Source of the DNA: Eledone cirrhosa | Taxonomy: Eukaryota | DNA length: 64,000 nucleotides | Reading direction: 5' to 3' | Assembly (NCBI GenBank): GCA_964016885.1 | Contig: OZ024740.1 | Coordinates: 422,344,001 to 422,408,000 of the forward strand | Part shown: positions 45,001-57,354 of the stretch, piece after piece | How positions within the stretch are numbered: the first letter of the stretch is position 1 | Layout of the letters: each line of letters opens with the position of its first letter | Notes under the pieces: generated by a model | Databases searched by the model: none | What the model was told of the DNA's origin: nothing | The model's input: the letters and a program-made list of their open reading frames with translations, nothing else | Position numbers and translations under genes: made by a program

Positions 45001-48000
45001 GTCTCTAACATATATTGTCCACCATTCCCTCCACTGTGGACTTTAGCAGACTGTCTTGGACTCCTCTGAGTCTCTAACAAATATTGTCCACCATTCTCTC
45101 CACTGTGGACTTTAGCAGACTATCTTGGACTCCTCTGAGTCTCTAACAAATATTGTCCACCATTCTCTCCACTGTGGACTTTAGCAGACTGTCTTGGACT
45201 CCTCTGAGTCCGTAACAAATATTGTCCACCATTCTCTCCACTATGTACTTTAGCAGACTGTCTTGGATTCCTCTGAGTCTCTAACAAATATTGTCTACCA
45301 TTCTCTCCGCTGTAGATTTTAGCAGACTGTCTTGGATTCCTCTGAGTCTCTAACAAATATTGTCCACCATTCTGTCCACTGTGGACTTTAGCAGACTGTC
45401 TTGGATTCCTCTGAGTCTCTAACAAATATTGTCCACCATTCTCTCCACTGTAGATTTTAGCAGACTGTCTTGGACTCCTCTGAGTCTCTAACATATATTG
45501 TCTACCATTCTCTCCAATGTAGACTTTAGCAGACTGTTTTGGACTACTCTGAGTCTCTAACAAATATTGTCTACCATTCTCTCCACTGTAGATTTTAGCA
45601 GACTGTCTTGGACTCCTCTGAGTCTCTAACATATATTGTCTACCATTCTCTCCAATGTAGACTTTAGCAGACTGTTTTGGACTCCTCTGAGTCTCTAACA
45701 AATATTGTCCACCATTCTCTCCACTGTGGACATTAGCAGACCGTCTTGGATTCCTCTGAGACTCTAAAAAATATTGCCCACCATTCTGTCCACTGTGGAC
45801 TTTAGCAGACTGTCTTGGATTCTTCTGAGTCTCTAACAAATATTGTCCACCATACTCTCCACTGTGGACTTTAGCAGACTGTCTTGGACTCTTCTGAGTC
45901 TCTAACAAATATTGTCTACCATTCTCTCCACTGTGGACTTTAGCAGACTGTCTTGGACTTCTCTGAGTCTCTAACAAATATTGTCCACCATTCTCTCCAC
46001 TGTGGACTTTAGTAGACTGTCTTGGACTTCTCTGAGTCTCTAACAAATATTGTCCACCATTCTCTCCACTGTGGACTTTAGTAGACTGTCTTGGACTTCT
46101 CTGAGTCTCTAACAAATATTGTCTATCATTCTCTCCACTGTAGATTTTAGCAGACTGTCTTGGACTCCTCTGAGTCTCTAACAAATATTGTCTACCATTC
46201 TCTCCACTGTGGACTTTAGCAGACTGTCTTGGACTCCTCTGAGTCTCTAACAAATATTGTCCACCATTCTCTCCACTGTGGACTTTAGCAGACTGTCTTG
46301 GACTCCTCTGAGTCTCTAACATATATTGTCCACCATTCCCTCCACTGTGGACTTTAGCAGACTGTCTTGGACTCCTCTGAGTCTCTAACAAATATTGTCC
46401 ACCATTCTCTCCACTGTGGACTTTAGCAGACTATCTTGGACTCCTCTGAGTCTCTAACAAATATTGTCCACCATTCTCTCCACTGTGGACTTTAGCAGAC
46501 TGTCTTGGACTCCTCTGAGTCCCTAACAAATATTGTCCACCATTCTCTCCACTATGGACTTTAGCAGACTGTCTTGGATTCCTCTGAGTCTCTAACAAAT
46601 ATTGTCTACCATTCTCTCCGCTGTAGATTTTAGCAGACTGTCTTGGATTCCTCTGAGTCTCTAACAAATATTGTCCACCATTCTGTCCACTGTGGACTTT
46701 AGCAGACTGTCTTGGATTCCTCTGAGTCTCTAACAAATATTGTCCACCATTCTCTCCACTGTGGACTTTAGTAGACTGTCTTGGACTTCTCTGAGTCTCT
46801 AACAAATATTGTCCACCATTCTCTCCACTGTGGACTTTAGCAGACTGTCTTGAACTTCTCTGAGTCTCTAACAAATATTGTCCACATTCTCTCCACTGTG
46901 GACTTTAGCAGACTGTCTTGGACTCCTCTGAGTCTCTAACAAATATTGTCCACCATTCTCTCCACTGTGGACTTTAGCAGACTGTCTTGGACTCCTCTGA
47001 GTCTCTAACAAATATTGTCTACCATTCTCTCCACTGTGGACTTTAGCAGACTGTCTTGGACTCCTCTGAGTCTCTAACAAATATTGTCTACCATTCTCTC
47101 CACTGTGGACTTTAGCAGACTGTCTTGGACTCCTCTGAGTCTCTAACAAATATTGTCTACCATTCTCTCCACTGTGAATTTTAACAGACTGTCTTGGACT
47201 TCTCTGAGTCTCTAACAAATATTGTCTACCATTCTCTCCGCTGTAGATTTTAGCAGACTGTCTTGGATTCCTCTGAGTCTCTAACAAATATTGTCCACCA
47301 TTCTCTCCACTGTGGACTTTAGCAGACTGTCTTGGATTCCTCTGAGTCTCTAACAAATATTGTCCACCATTCTCTCCACTGTGGACTTTAGCAGACTGTC
47401 TTGGACTTCTCTGAGTCTCTAACAAATATTGTCCACATTCTCTCCACTGTGGACTTTAGCAGACTGTCTTGGACTCCTCTGAGTCTCTAACAAATATTGT
47501 CTACCATTCTCTCCACTGTGGACTTTAGCAGACTGTCTTGGATTCCTCTGAGTCTCTAACAAATAATGTCCACCATTCTCTCCACTGTGGAGTTTAGCAG
47601 ACTGTCTTGGACTCCTCTGAGTCTCTAACATATATTGTCCACCATTCTCTCAACTGTGGACTTTAGCAGACTGTCTTGGATTCCTCTGAGTCTCTAACAA
47701 ATATTGTCTACCATTCTCTCCACTGTAGACTTTAGCAGATTGTCTTGGACTTCTCTGAGTCTCTAACAAATATTGTCCACCATTCTCTGCACTGTGGATT
47801 TTAGCAGACTGTCCTGGACTTCTCTGAGTCTCTAACAAATATTGTCCACCATTCTCTCCACTGTAGACTTTAGTAGACTGTCTTGGATTCCTCTGAGTCT
47901 CTAACATATATTGTCTACCATTCTCTCCAATGTAGACTTTAGCAGACTGTTTTGGACTCCTCTGAGTCTATAACAAATATTGTCTACCATTCTCTCCACT

Positions 48001-51000
48001 GTAGATTTTAGCAGACTGTCTTGGACTCCTCTGAGTCTCTAACATATATTGTCTACCATTCTCTCCACTGTAGATTTTAGCAGACTGTCTTGGACTCCTC
48101 TGAGTCTCTAACATATATTGTCCACCATTCCCTCCACTGTGGACTTTAGCAGACTGTCTTGGACTCCTCTGAGTCTCTAACAAATATTGTCCACCATTCT
48201 CTCCACTGTGGACTTTAGCAGACTATCTTGGACTCCTCTGAGTCTCTAACAAATATTGTCCACCATTCTCTCCACTGTGGACTTTAGCAGACTGTCTTGG
48301 ACTCCTCTGAATCCGTAACAAATATTGTCCACCATTCTCTCCACTATGTACTTTAGCAGACTGTCTTGGATTCCTCTGAGTCTCTAACAAATATTGTCTA
48401 CCATTCTCTCCGCTGTAGATTTTAGCAGACTGTCTTGGATTCCTCTGAGTCTCTAACAAATATTGTCAACCATTCTGTCCACTGTGGACTTTAGCAGACT
48501 GTCTTGGATTCCTCTGAGTCTCTAACAAATATTGTCCACCATTCTCTCCACTGTAGATTTTAGCAGACTGTCTTGGACTCCTCTGAGTCTCTAACATATA
48601 TTGTCTACCATTCTCTCCAATGTAGACTTTAGCAGACTGTTTTGGACTACTCTGAGTCTCTAACAAATATTGTCTACCATTCTCTCCACTGTAGATTTTA
48701 GCAGACTGTCTTGGACTCCTCTGAGTCTCTAACATATATTGTCTACCATTCTCTCCAATGTAGACTTTAGCAGACTGTTTTGGACTCCTCTGAGTCTCTA
48801 ACAAATATTGTCCACCATTCTCTCCACTGTGGACATTAGCAGACTGTCTTGGATTCCTCTGAGACTCTAAAAAATATTGCCCACCATTCTGTCCACTGTG
48901 GACTTTAGCAGACTGTCTTGGATTCCTCTGAGTCTCTAACAAATATTGTCCACCATACTCTCCACTGTGGACTTTAGCAGACTGTCTTGGACTCTTCTGA
49001 GTCTCTAACAAATATTGTCTACCATTCTCTCCACTGTGGACTTTAGCAGACTGTCTTGGACTTCTCTGAGTCTCTAACAAATATTGTCCACCATTCTCTC
49101 CACTGTGGACTTTAGTAGACTGTCTTGGACTTCTCTGAGTCTCTAACAAATATTGTCCACCATTCTCTCCACTGTGGACTTTAGTAGACTGTCTTGGACT
49201 TCTCTGAGTCTCTAACAAATATTGTCTATCATTCTCTCCACTGTAGATTTTAGCAGACTGTCTTGGACTCCTCTGAGTCTCTAACAAATATTGTCTACCA
49301 TTCTCTCCACTGTGGACTTTAGCAGACTGTCTTGGACTCCTCTGAGTCCCTAACAAATATTGTCTACCATTCTCTCCACTGTGGACTTTAGCAGACTGTC
49401 TTGGATTCCTCTGAGTCTCTAACAAATATTGTCTACCATTCTCTCCACTGTAGATTTTAGCAGACTGTCTTGGACTACTCTGAGTCTCTAACAAATATTG
49501 TCCACCATTCTCTCCACTGTGGACTTTAGCAGACTGTCTTGGATTCCTCTGAGTCTCTAACAAATATTGTCCACCATTCTCTCCACTTTGGATTCTAGCA
49601 GACTGTCTTGGACTTCTCTGAGTCTCTAACAAATATTGTCCACCATTCTCTCCACTGTAGACTTTAGCAGACTGTCTTGGATTCCTCTGAGTCTCTAACA
49701 AATATTGTCTATCATTCTCTCCACTGTAGACTTTAGCAGACTGTATTGGACTCCTCTGAGTCTCTAACAAATATTGTCCACCATTCTCTCCACTGTGGAC
49801 TTTAGCAGACTGTCTTGGATTCCTCTGAGTCTCTAACAAATATTGTCCACCATTCTCTCCACTGTGGACTTTAGCAGACTGTCTTGGACTCCTCTGAGTC
49901 TCTAACAAATATTGTCCACCATTCTCTCCACTGTGGACTTTAGCAGACTGTCTTGGACTCCTCTGAGTCTCTAACAAATATTGTCCACCATTCTCTCCAC
50001 TGTGGACTTTAGCAGACTATCTTGGACTCCTCTGAGTCTCTAACAAATATTTTCCACCATTCTCTCCACTGTGGACTTTAGCAGACTGTCTTGGACTCCT
50101 CTGAGTCCCTAACAAATATTGTCCACCATTCTCTCCACTGTGGACTTTAGCAGACTGTCTTGGATTCCTCTGAGTCTCTAACAAATATTGTCTACCATTC
50201 TCTCCACTGTGGACTTTAGCAGACTGTCTTGGACTCCTCTGAGTCTCTAACAAATATTGTCTACCATTCTCTCCGCTATAGATTTTAGCAGACTGTCTTG
50301 GATTCCTCTGAGTCTCTAACAAATATTGTCCACCATTCTGTCCACTGTGGACTTTAGCAGACTGTCTTGGATTTCTCTGAGTCTCTAACAAATATTGTCT
50401 ACCATTCTCTCCACTGTGGACTTTAGCAGACTGTCTTGGACTCCTCTGAGTCTCTAACAAATATTGTCTACCATTCTCTCCACTGTGGACTTTAGCAGAC
50501 TGTCTTGGACTTCTCCGAGTCTCTAACAAATATTGTCTACCATTCTCTCCACTGTGGACTTTAGCAGACTTTCTTGGATTCCTCTGAGTCTCTAACAAAT
50601 ATTGTCCACCATTCTCTCCACTGTGGACTTTAGCAGACTGTCTTGGACTCCTCTGAGTCTCTAACGTATATTGTCCACCATTCTGTCCACTGTGGACTTT
50701 AGCAGACTGTCTTGGACTCCTGTGAGTCTCTAACAAATATTGTCCACCATTCTCTCCACTGTGGACTTTAGCAGACTGTCTTGGACTCCTCTGAGTCTCT
50801 AACAAATATTGTCTACCATTCTCTCCACTGTGGACTTTAACAGACTGTCTTGGACTTCTCTGAGTCTCTAACAAATATTGTCTACCATTCTCTCCACTGT
50901 GGACTTTAGCAGACTGTCTTGGACTTCTCTGAGTCTCTAACAAATATTGTCTACCATTCTCTCCACTGTGGACTTTAGCAGACTGTCTTGGATTCCTCTG

Positions 51001-52503
51001 AGTCTCTAACAAATATTGTCCACCATTCTCTCCACTGTGGACTTTAGCAGACTGTCTTGGACTTCTCTGAGTCTCTAACAAATATTGTCCACCATTCTCT
51101 CCACTGTGGACTTTAGCAGACTGTCTTGAACTTCTCTGAGTCTCTAACAAATATTGTCCACATTCTCTCCACTGTGGACTTTAGCAGACTGTCTTGGACT
51201 CCTCTGAGTCTCTAACAAATATTGTCTACCATTCTCTCCACTGTGGACTTTAGCAGACTGTCTTGGACTCCTCTGAGTCTCTAACAAATATTGTCTACCA
51301 TTCTCTCCAATGTGGACTTTAACAGACTGTCTTGGACTTCTCTGAGTCTCTAACAAATATTGTCTACCATTCTCTCCACTGCGGACTTTAGCAGACTGGC
51401 TTGGACTCCTCTGAGTCTCTAACAAATATTGTCTACCATTCTCTCCACTGTGGACTTTAGCAGACTATCTTGGATTCCTCTGAGTCTATAAGAAATATTG
51501 TCCACCATTCTGTCCACTGTGGACTTTAGCAGACTGTCTTGGATTCCTCTGCGTCTGTAACAAATATTGTCCACCATTCTCTCCACTGTGGACTTTAGCA
51601 GACTGTCTTGGACTTCTCTGAGTCTCTAACAAATATTGTCTACCATTCTCTCCACTGTGGACTTTAGCAGACTTTCTTGGATTCCTCTGAGTCTCTAACA
51701 AATATTGTCCACCATTCTCTCCACTGTGGACTTTAGCAGACTGTCTTGGACTCCTCTGAGTCTCTAACGTATATTGTCCACCATTCTGTCCACTGTGGAC
51801 TTTAGCAGACTGTCTTGGACTCCTGTGAGTCTCTAACAAATATTGTCCACCATTCTCTCCACTGTGGACTTTAGCAGACTGTCTTGGACTTCTCTGAGTC
51901 TCTAACAAATATTGTCTACCATTCTCTCCACTGTGGACTTTAACAGACTGTCTTGGACTTCTCTGAGTCTCTAACAAATATTGTCTACCATTCTCTCCAC
52001 TGTGGACTTTAGCAGACTGTCTTGGACTTCTCTGAGTCTCTAACAAATATTGTCTACCATTCTCTCCACTGTGGACTTTAGCAGACTGTCTTGGATTCCT
52101 CTGAGTCTCTAACAAATATTGTCCACCATTCTCTCCACTGTGGACTTTAGCAGACTGTCTTGGACTTCTCTGAGTCTCTAACATATATTGTCCACCATTC
52201 TCTCCACTGTGGACTTTAGCAGACTGTCTTGGACTCCCCTGAGTCTCTAACAAATATTGTCCACCATTCTCTCCACTGTGGACTTTAGCAGACTATCTTG
52301 GACTCCCCTGAGTCTCTAACAAATATTGTCCACCATTGTCTCCACTGTAGACGTTAGCAGACTGTCTTGGACTTCTCTGAGACTGACTAATATTGTCTAC
52401 CATTCCCTCCACTGTGGACTTTAGCAGACTGTCTTGGACTTCTCTGAGACTGACTAATATTGTCTACCATTCTCTCTACTGTAGACTTTAGCAGACAGTC
52501 TTG
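1..52503. repeat. 69-bp tandem satellite array (~760 monomers, open at left edge)
   Basis: Monomer CTCCACTGTGGACTTTAGCAGACTGTCTTGGA(C/T)T(C/T)CTCTGAGTCTCTAACA(A/T)ATATTGTC(C/T)ACCATTCT repeats head-to-tail in one orientation from base 1 (second copy starts at 70). Occasional 68-bp units (gtccacattc); no foreign insertion seen. Ends at ...gcagacagtcttg near 52503. Confidence 0.99.
52321..52503. repeat. Divergent 67-bp terminal monomers of the satellite
   Basis: 'gactgactaatattg' replaces 'gtctctaacaaatattg' at 52381 and 52448 (spacing 67), with extra substitutions not seen in the array interior. Confidence 0.9.
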
Positions 52504-53040
52504 ATACGTATCTGATATGTCTTCATCGATAACTTGATTCATTTTTTAATTCTTACTCTGGGATTCCGTCTGCAGCAACAGTATAGAATTATGATAAAAA
52601 ATATGTCAATAGCTATTGTTGCCTTCAGTTCCCAAACTTTCCACTGTAAGACAATTTTTATAATGCTTTTTAGACAGGCCCTAAAAAGAAGGACAAATTA
52701 ACACCCTGTTTTAGGTTATGCAGGACAAAGGACAGAGTGCTCAAAAGCAGAACTGTTATTTCTAAACCAGGGCGTCTTTGCACTTTAGGTTTAAGTGTTA
52801 TGCTTTCAACAATTTTAACAATGGAAGAAATGGAAGGCATAATTGAAACCTTAACTAACGAAACAATGTTATAAAGATTCAGAAATTCATGTATCAAATT
52901 CGTCTATTATATACACAATACACGTACCTAACGCTTACAGTATAGAATTGTAATCCAGTATTTCGGTTTAACGATGACGACGGGGAGGGGCTGGTGAAAT
53001 TCATGACTGACACTCTAATCTACACTACTTGACCATCCAG

Positions 53041-53215
53041 CTATCTATATATCTAGCTACCTATCTATCTATCCACCCACCACCTTCATAACGATAACAA
53101 CCATATTAGCCATGTATCTATCTATCTATCTATCTATTCACTACCGTCATAACGATAACAACCACCTTAGCCATCCATCCACCACAGTCATAACGACAAC
53201 AACCACCCTAGATTA
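53041..53215. repeat. (CTAT)n/(CCAC)n low-complexity tract with three copies of TCATAACGA(T/C)AACAACCA
   Basis: Motif read directly near 53086, 53147 and 53188, separated by CTAT/CCAT runs. Confidence 0.75.
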
Positions 53216-53329
53216 CACACCACCTTATCAGGCCTTACCGGAGGCAAAACAATATAAAACGTGAATACAAAACTTTAGCCCAAGTGCCGTTTGTTCTTCT
53301 GAGAAATGAAATGAAAAGTTGAACTAAAT

Positions 53330-53410
53330 TATGCTTATCACCATTTGAGTTCAAATCCTACGCAGGCTTGAACTCCCCCCCCCCCCATCTCTGTAAATAT
53401 AATAAATAAA
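53330..53410 (+). mobile_element. Possible highly decayed SINE head
   Basis: B-box-like GAGTTCAAATCC near 53348; no clear A-box. Confidence 0.25.
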
Positions 53411-53668
53411 TAGTAGTAATATAATATATGTTGTGTTCCTTCTAACAAAATGGTTCTGCTTACCTAGTCAAAAGAAATCATTAGTGTTTCGTGGAATAGG
53501 TGAAAACCCACTGAAACAATTCTAGATTAATAATTTGTGGAAAGGCATAGACATTTCTGGATCAACACCACCTAATCACATTTCCCTAATCAATAATAAA
53601 TCAATGCCTTATGTTTTGTTTATATAAGAATTAAACTATCTTAATGGCGTGCGTCGCAGAGAGGGAGG

Positions 53669-53702
53669 TATAAAAGGCATGTTCCGGCGAACCGAGAACA
53701 TG
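53669..53702 (+). promoter_or_regulatory. TATA-box-like TATAAAAG followed by a hairpin in a CpG-rich patch
   Basis: TATAAAAG at 53669-53676, then CATGTTCCGG-CGAA-CCG(A)GAACATG at 53678-53702. No downstream gene identified. Confidence 0.2.
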
Positions 53703-54327
53703 AACCCGGTTTCCATTCGGAGTTATAAGGCAAATATTAATCCCACATATATATAGTTTATATCAATCACGAAGGGAAAAGCTTTAATATTACAACACTA
53801 TAAACTGTAATAAATCTGAATGGAAATAACATTCTTGTTTACTCCCTTTCACCTTTATATAACATCACCGCCGCTTTCCAGCTTCCACCACACCACTTGT
53901 TTGTTTTGCTTCTATACACAATATATACAAGACAAAGCACACATTTTCCTTGTGCCCAGACACACACAACATACAACCAAACACGAGAAAGTCTCTAACG
54001 TGGTCACTCTATCTGCTACAGACAATAGCAGTTAAATCTTGTCCCAAATCATGTATTCTAGCTTAGCTGAATAGAAACTGAATGGGCACGACTGGAGCGT
54101 CGTTGATTATAGATTAGCTTTTAGCTCGACTTTGGCTAAAGCTAAACAACAGATAGATTGTATATGTAAATATAATTGTGTGAGTATGTATATGATGGAG
54201 CACGCTTGTATGGTAGCTTTCCGTTCTGAATGTGTTTGCGTGTATATATATATATATAAATACCTGCTTACATATATATCTATAGACACACTCACACACA
54301 TAAATATATTCGTTTCATGATGTTTAA

Positions 54328-54462
54328 TAATGATTTCTTACGAATGAAATAGTTCTAGTCCTGTAGAAGTCATTTCTATAATAAAATGATTATACCTATA
54401 CTTTACTAACGTATTAAGTACCTTTTTATGATAGTGGTCGCCTCCCGATTTACATCGGGATC
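54328..54462 (+). mobile_element. Family A hammerhead-bearing short element, decayed copy
   Basis: tgatttcttacgaatgaaatagttctagtcctgtagaagtcatttctata...gtattaagtacc...cccgatttacatcggga aligns by eye with the 57706-57836 copy. The CUGAUGA box is degenerate. Confidence 0.75.
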
Positions 54463-54492
54463 CCATATATTATACAAATATATATATATATA

Positions 54493-54548
54493 TAAAGTAA
54501 ACAGAAACAAAGCAAACGACATTACATTGAAGAAATATACCAGTTTAT
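54493..54548 (-). mobile_element. Family C repeat fragment
   Basis: aaagtaaacagaaacaaagcaaacgacattacattgaagaaatataccagttta matches 58491-58551. Confidence 0.65.
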
Positions 54549-55027
54549 ATACATACACACGCACATGTATGAATGAATATATATATATGTATGTATATAA
54601 TAAGGAGTTGACGGACCCACCATATTTATCAATGCCATATACATACACACACATTGCTATGAATGGGATTCATTCGTCAATGAAAGAATGTATACCAATA
54701 AATTGCGAGCTGTTGTTTCCAGTTCCGAGTACTTTAGTGGGGCTATTATCCCCGAATAATATCTACCATAATGTTATCTATACTATTTAGGGGTTAGTAT
54801 AATGGGGAGCAAGCATCTAATTAGGAGTGGTGGTGTGGTAAATATAAGTAAATATGATTAAACATTAAAAGGATATGAGAAAAGGAGAGAAAGTAAATAA
54901 ACAAGCTAAACACGAAAAAACTTTCAACAATACATACATACACAAAAAATATTGAGCTGTCCCAGTAACTGGCGACACTCATTTACATTATGAACAATTT
55001 CTCTCGTGTGTATGAATGAATGTGTCC

Positions 55028-55116
55028 ACACATACATATATATATATGTATACACACACATATATATATGTGTATGTATACACACACATATATATATATA
55101 TATATATACACATACA

Positions 55117-55178
<62 letters not shown>

Positions 55179-55264
55179 TATATACGCACACACACATATA
55201 TATATACACACACATATATACACACATATATATATATATATATATATACATACACACATATATA
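55028..55264. repeat. Compound (TA)n/(CA)n microsatellite
   Basis: Read directly; source of the YI/HT/CV-rich spurious ORFs. Confidence 0.95.
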
Positions 55265-55311
55265 TAGCCGTCGAAACGGCTTGAGCTCTGCCGTCGGGGT
55301 CATTCTTTTTC
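55264..55311 (+). mobile_element. Family B fragment (3' half of a hammerhead-like motif)
   Basis: atagccgtcgaaacggcttgagctctgccgtcggggtcat is identical to 58337-58376 and is flanked by (TA)n on both sides. Confidence 0.75.
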
Positions 55312-55360
55312 ATATATATATATACATACAGTACAGGTAATGAAAAAAGGTATGTGTACG

Positions 55361-55410
55361 TATGCCTGTATTATGTATGTATATATATATATATACATAA
55401 TACAGGCATA
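55361..55410. repeat. Short inverted repeat with (TA)n centre
   Basis: tatgcctgtattatgtat (55361-55378) and atacataatacaggcata (55393-55410) are reverse complements. Confidence 0.8.
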
Positions 55411-55468
55411 TGTTTCTATATCTCTCTGAATATATGTATGTAAATATAACTATATATATATATCAAAT

Positions 55469-55534
55469 ATTTCTATATTAAATATTTATACTCTGCTATG
55501 TATTGAGTACCTTACTTACTGTAGTTACCCCCGA
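55469..55534 (+). mobile_element. Family A element, 3' portion only
   Basis: atttctatattaaatatttatactctgctatgtattgagtaccttacttactgtagttacccccga matches 57750-57815. Confidence 0.8.
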
Positions 55535-55542
55535 CATACACA

Positions 55543-55582
<40 letters not shown>

Positions 55583-56756
55583 GTGTGTGTAAATATATGT
55601 ATGTTTGTGTGTAAATATATGCATGTGTGTGTAAATATATCTATGTATGTGTGCGTATGTGTAAATATATATACGTGTGTGTTCCTGGGTAAATATATGT
55701 ATGTGTGTGCTTGTGTGTAAGTATATGTATGTATGTGTGTTCGTGGGTAAATAAATGTATGTGTGTAAATATATGTGTGTAAGTGTATGTATGTAGAAAT
55801 ATGAATGTACGCGTGTATGTATACATCTATTCTTTTATTTGAAACTGAGGCCTCACCGAATTTCCTGCTTCCATCCCAATATATAAAAACAATATTTATA
55901 ACTATTTGCAATCATTTCAATTATTGTACGCATTATTTTTGCTTTAACAGAAAAAATAAAATAAAAACCAACAAAGTAAAGTACAAGAAATTGAAGATTT
56001 TTTTTTCAAAAGCAAATAAAACAAAAATAAAACGTCCAAAATCTATTAAAAAAATTAAAGCTTAATTATATATTAAGACATTTTAAAAATATAATTGAAA
56101 TCAGAAACAAAATTAAAAAAAGGCGAGAAAGTAAAAACAAATGATAATTATCAATTATATTATTATCAACATTATCATCTCGTGTGTATTATGAGTCTAT
56201 GACGAGGGGGTGAAGTATTAGTTGGAAGAAGAGCCATTTGACAAGTTGTCGGACACGTTACTGTACAGGTTTGTAGCCAGCTCTCTCTTGTATCTCTTTT
56301 ATATATTTTAAATACTTCTTTCCTTTTTATTTCGACTCTTCTTTCTCCTTAATATACACACAAGAAACTATTTAAAATGTAGCTATATATAAATATATAT
56401 AAATATTTGATTAACTTCAACCGAATCTCTTTTCTTTGCTGGAACCTTCCTGTATATTTCATTGTTTGTCTTCGCAGCCACTCAAGAAATTATAAGTTAA
56501 AGCTTCATCCGAGCTAATTCCCTTATTTTATACTTTTATACGCCGATAAATATATATATATAATCATTATACGTATATAAATTGCGTTTGTATTATACAC
56601 TCATGTATGTGTATATATATATATATACACACACACACTTTTATGTGTGTGTATTTTTGTCTTTATTCTTTGTATGTATAAATATAGATATACGTATGTA
56701 TCTATCCTTGATAGTCCTGTCTAAACGTTTATATGTGTGACTATATATATATATAT

Positions 56757-56805
<49 letters not shown>

Positions 56806-56837
56806 TATATATACACATATATATATGTGTGTGTGCG

Positions 56838-56898
56838 AAAAGGAAACAGAAAACAACAAACGTGACAGTAAAAAGATATATATTAGTTTAACGCTTGG
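56838..56898 (-). mobile_element. Family C repeat fragment (diverged)
   Basis: aaaaggaaacagaaaacaacaaacg...atatattagtttaacgcttg resembles 58490-58557. Confidence 0.55.
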
Positions 56899-56960
56899 TG
56901 TGTATATATGTTTATATATATATGTGTATGTATATGTTTCTTTCTATATATATGTATATT

Positions 56961-57110
56961 CTATTTGTTTCAGTCAGTAGACTACTAAGGCCATGCTGTA
57001 GCACTGCCTTAATTAGTCGATCATACCGACCACAGAATATATTTTTCAAGTCTGATACTCATTCTATCGATCTTATTTTGTCGATACATAGCCGGTACAT
57101 AAACACAGAC
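56961..57110. mobile_element. Decayed SINE-like interspersed repeat fragment
   Basis: tgtttcagtca..gact..ggccatgctg.agcactgcc...ct.atactcattctatcg resembles an abundant octopus repeat as I recall it. Single copy here; family not assigned. Confidence 0.4.
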
Positions 57111-57318
57111 ACAAACGTAAACACAAAGACACATACAGTTATCTTTATATGTAAATAAGGCATACTGCCATATTCCTCTCACACACACGTATATATGTCT
57201 GCGCGCATGTGTATATAAATAATTGTATATATATATATATGTGTGTGTATATATTTATATATATAAATGTATGTGTATATATTTGTATATGTATATATAT
57301 CGTATACATGTGTATAAA

Positions 57319-57351
<33 letters not shown>

Positions 57352-57354
57352 ATA

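Noticed and set aside
323-52253. About 60 repeat ORFs as a giant repeat-protein gene or gene cluster
   Set aside because: They are one satellite frame. Many starts are TTG, stops and frameshifts are propagated by duplication, and there are no unique termini or introns.
1-52503. CRISPR array
   Set aside because: No unique spacers, no cas genes, eukaryotic context.
1-52503. Degenerate C2H2 zinc-finger array (HSGE resembles the HTGEKP linker)
   Set aside because: The unit is 23 aa rather than 28, with no Cys pair, no second His and no KP.
52670-54035. Short ORFs of 75 and 71 aa
   Set aside because: No recognisable domain or supporting gene structure.
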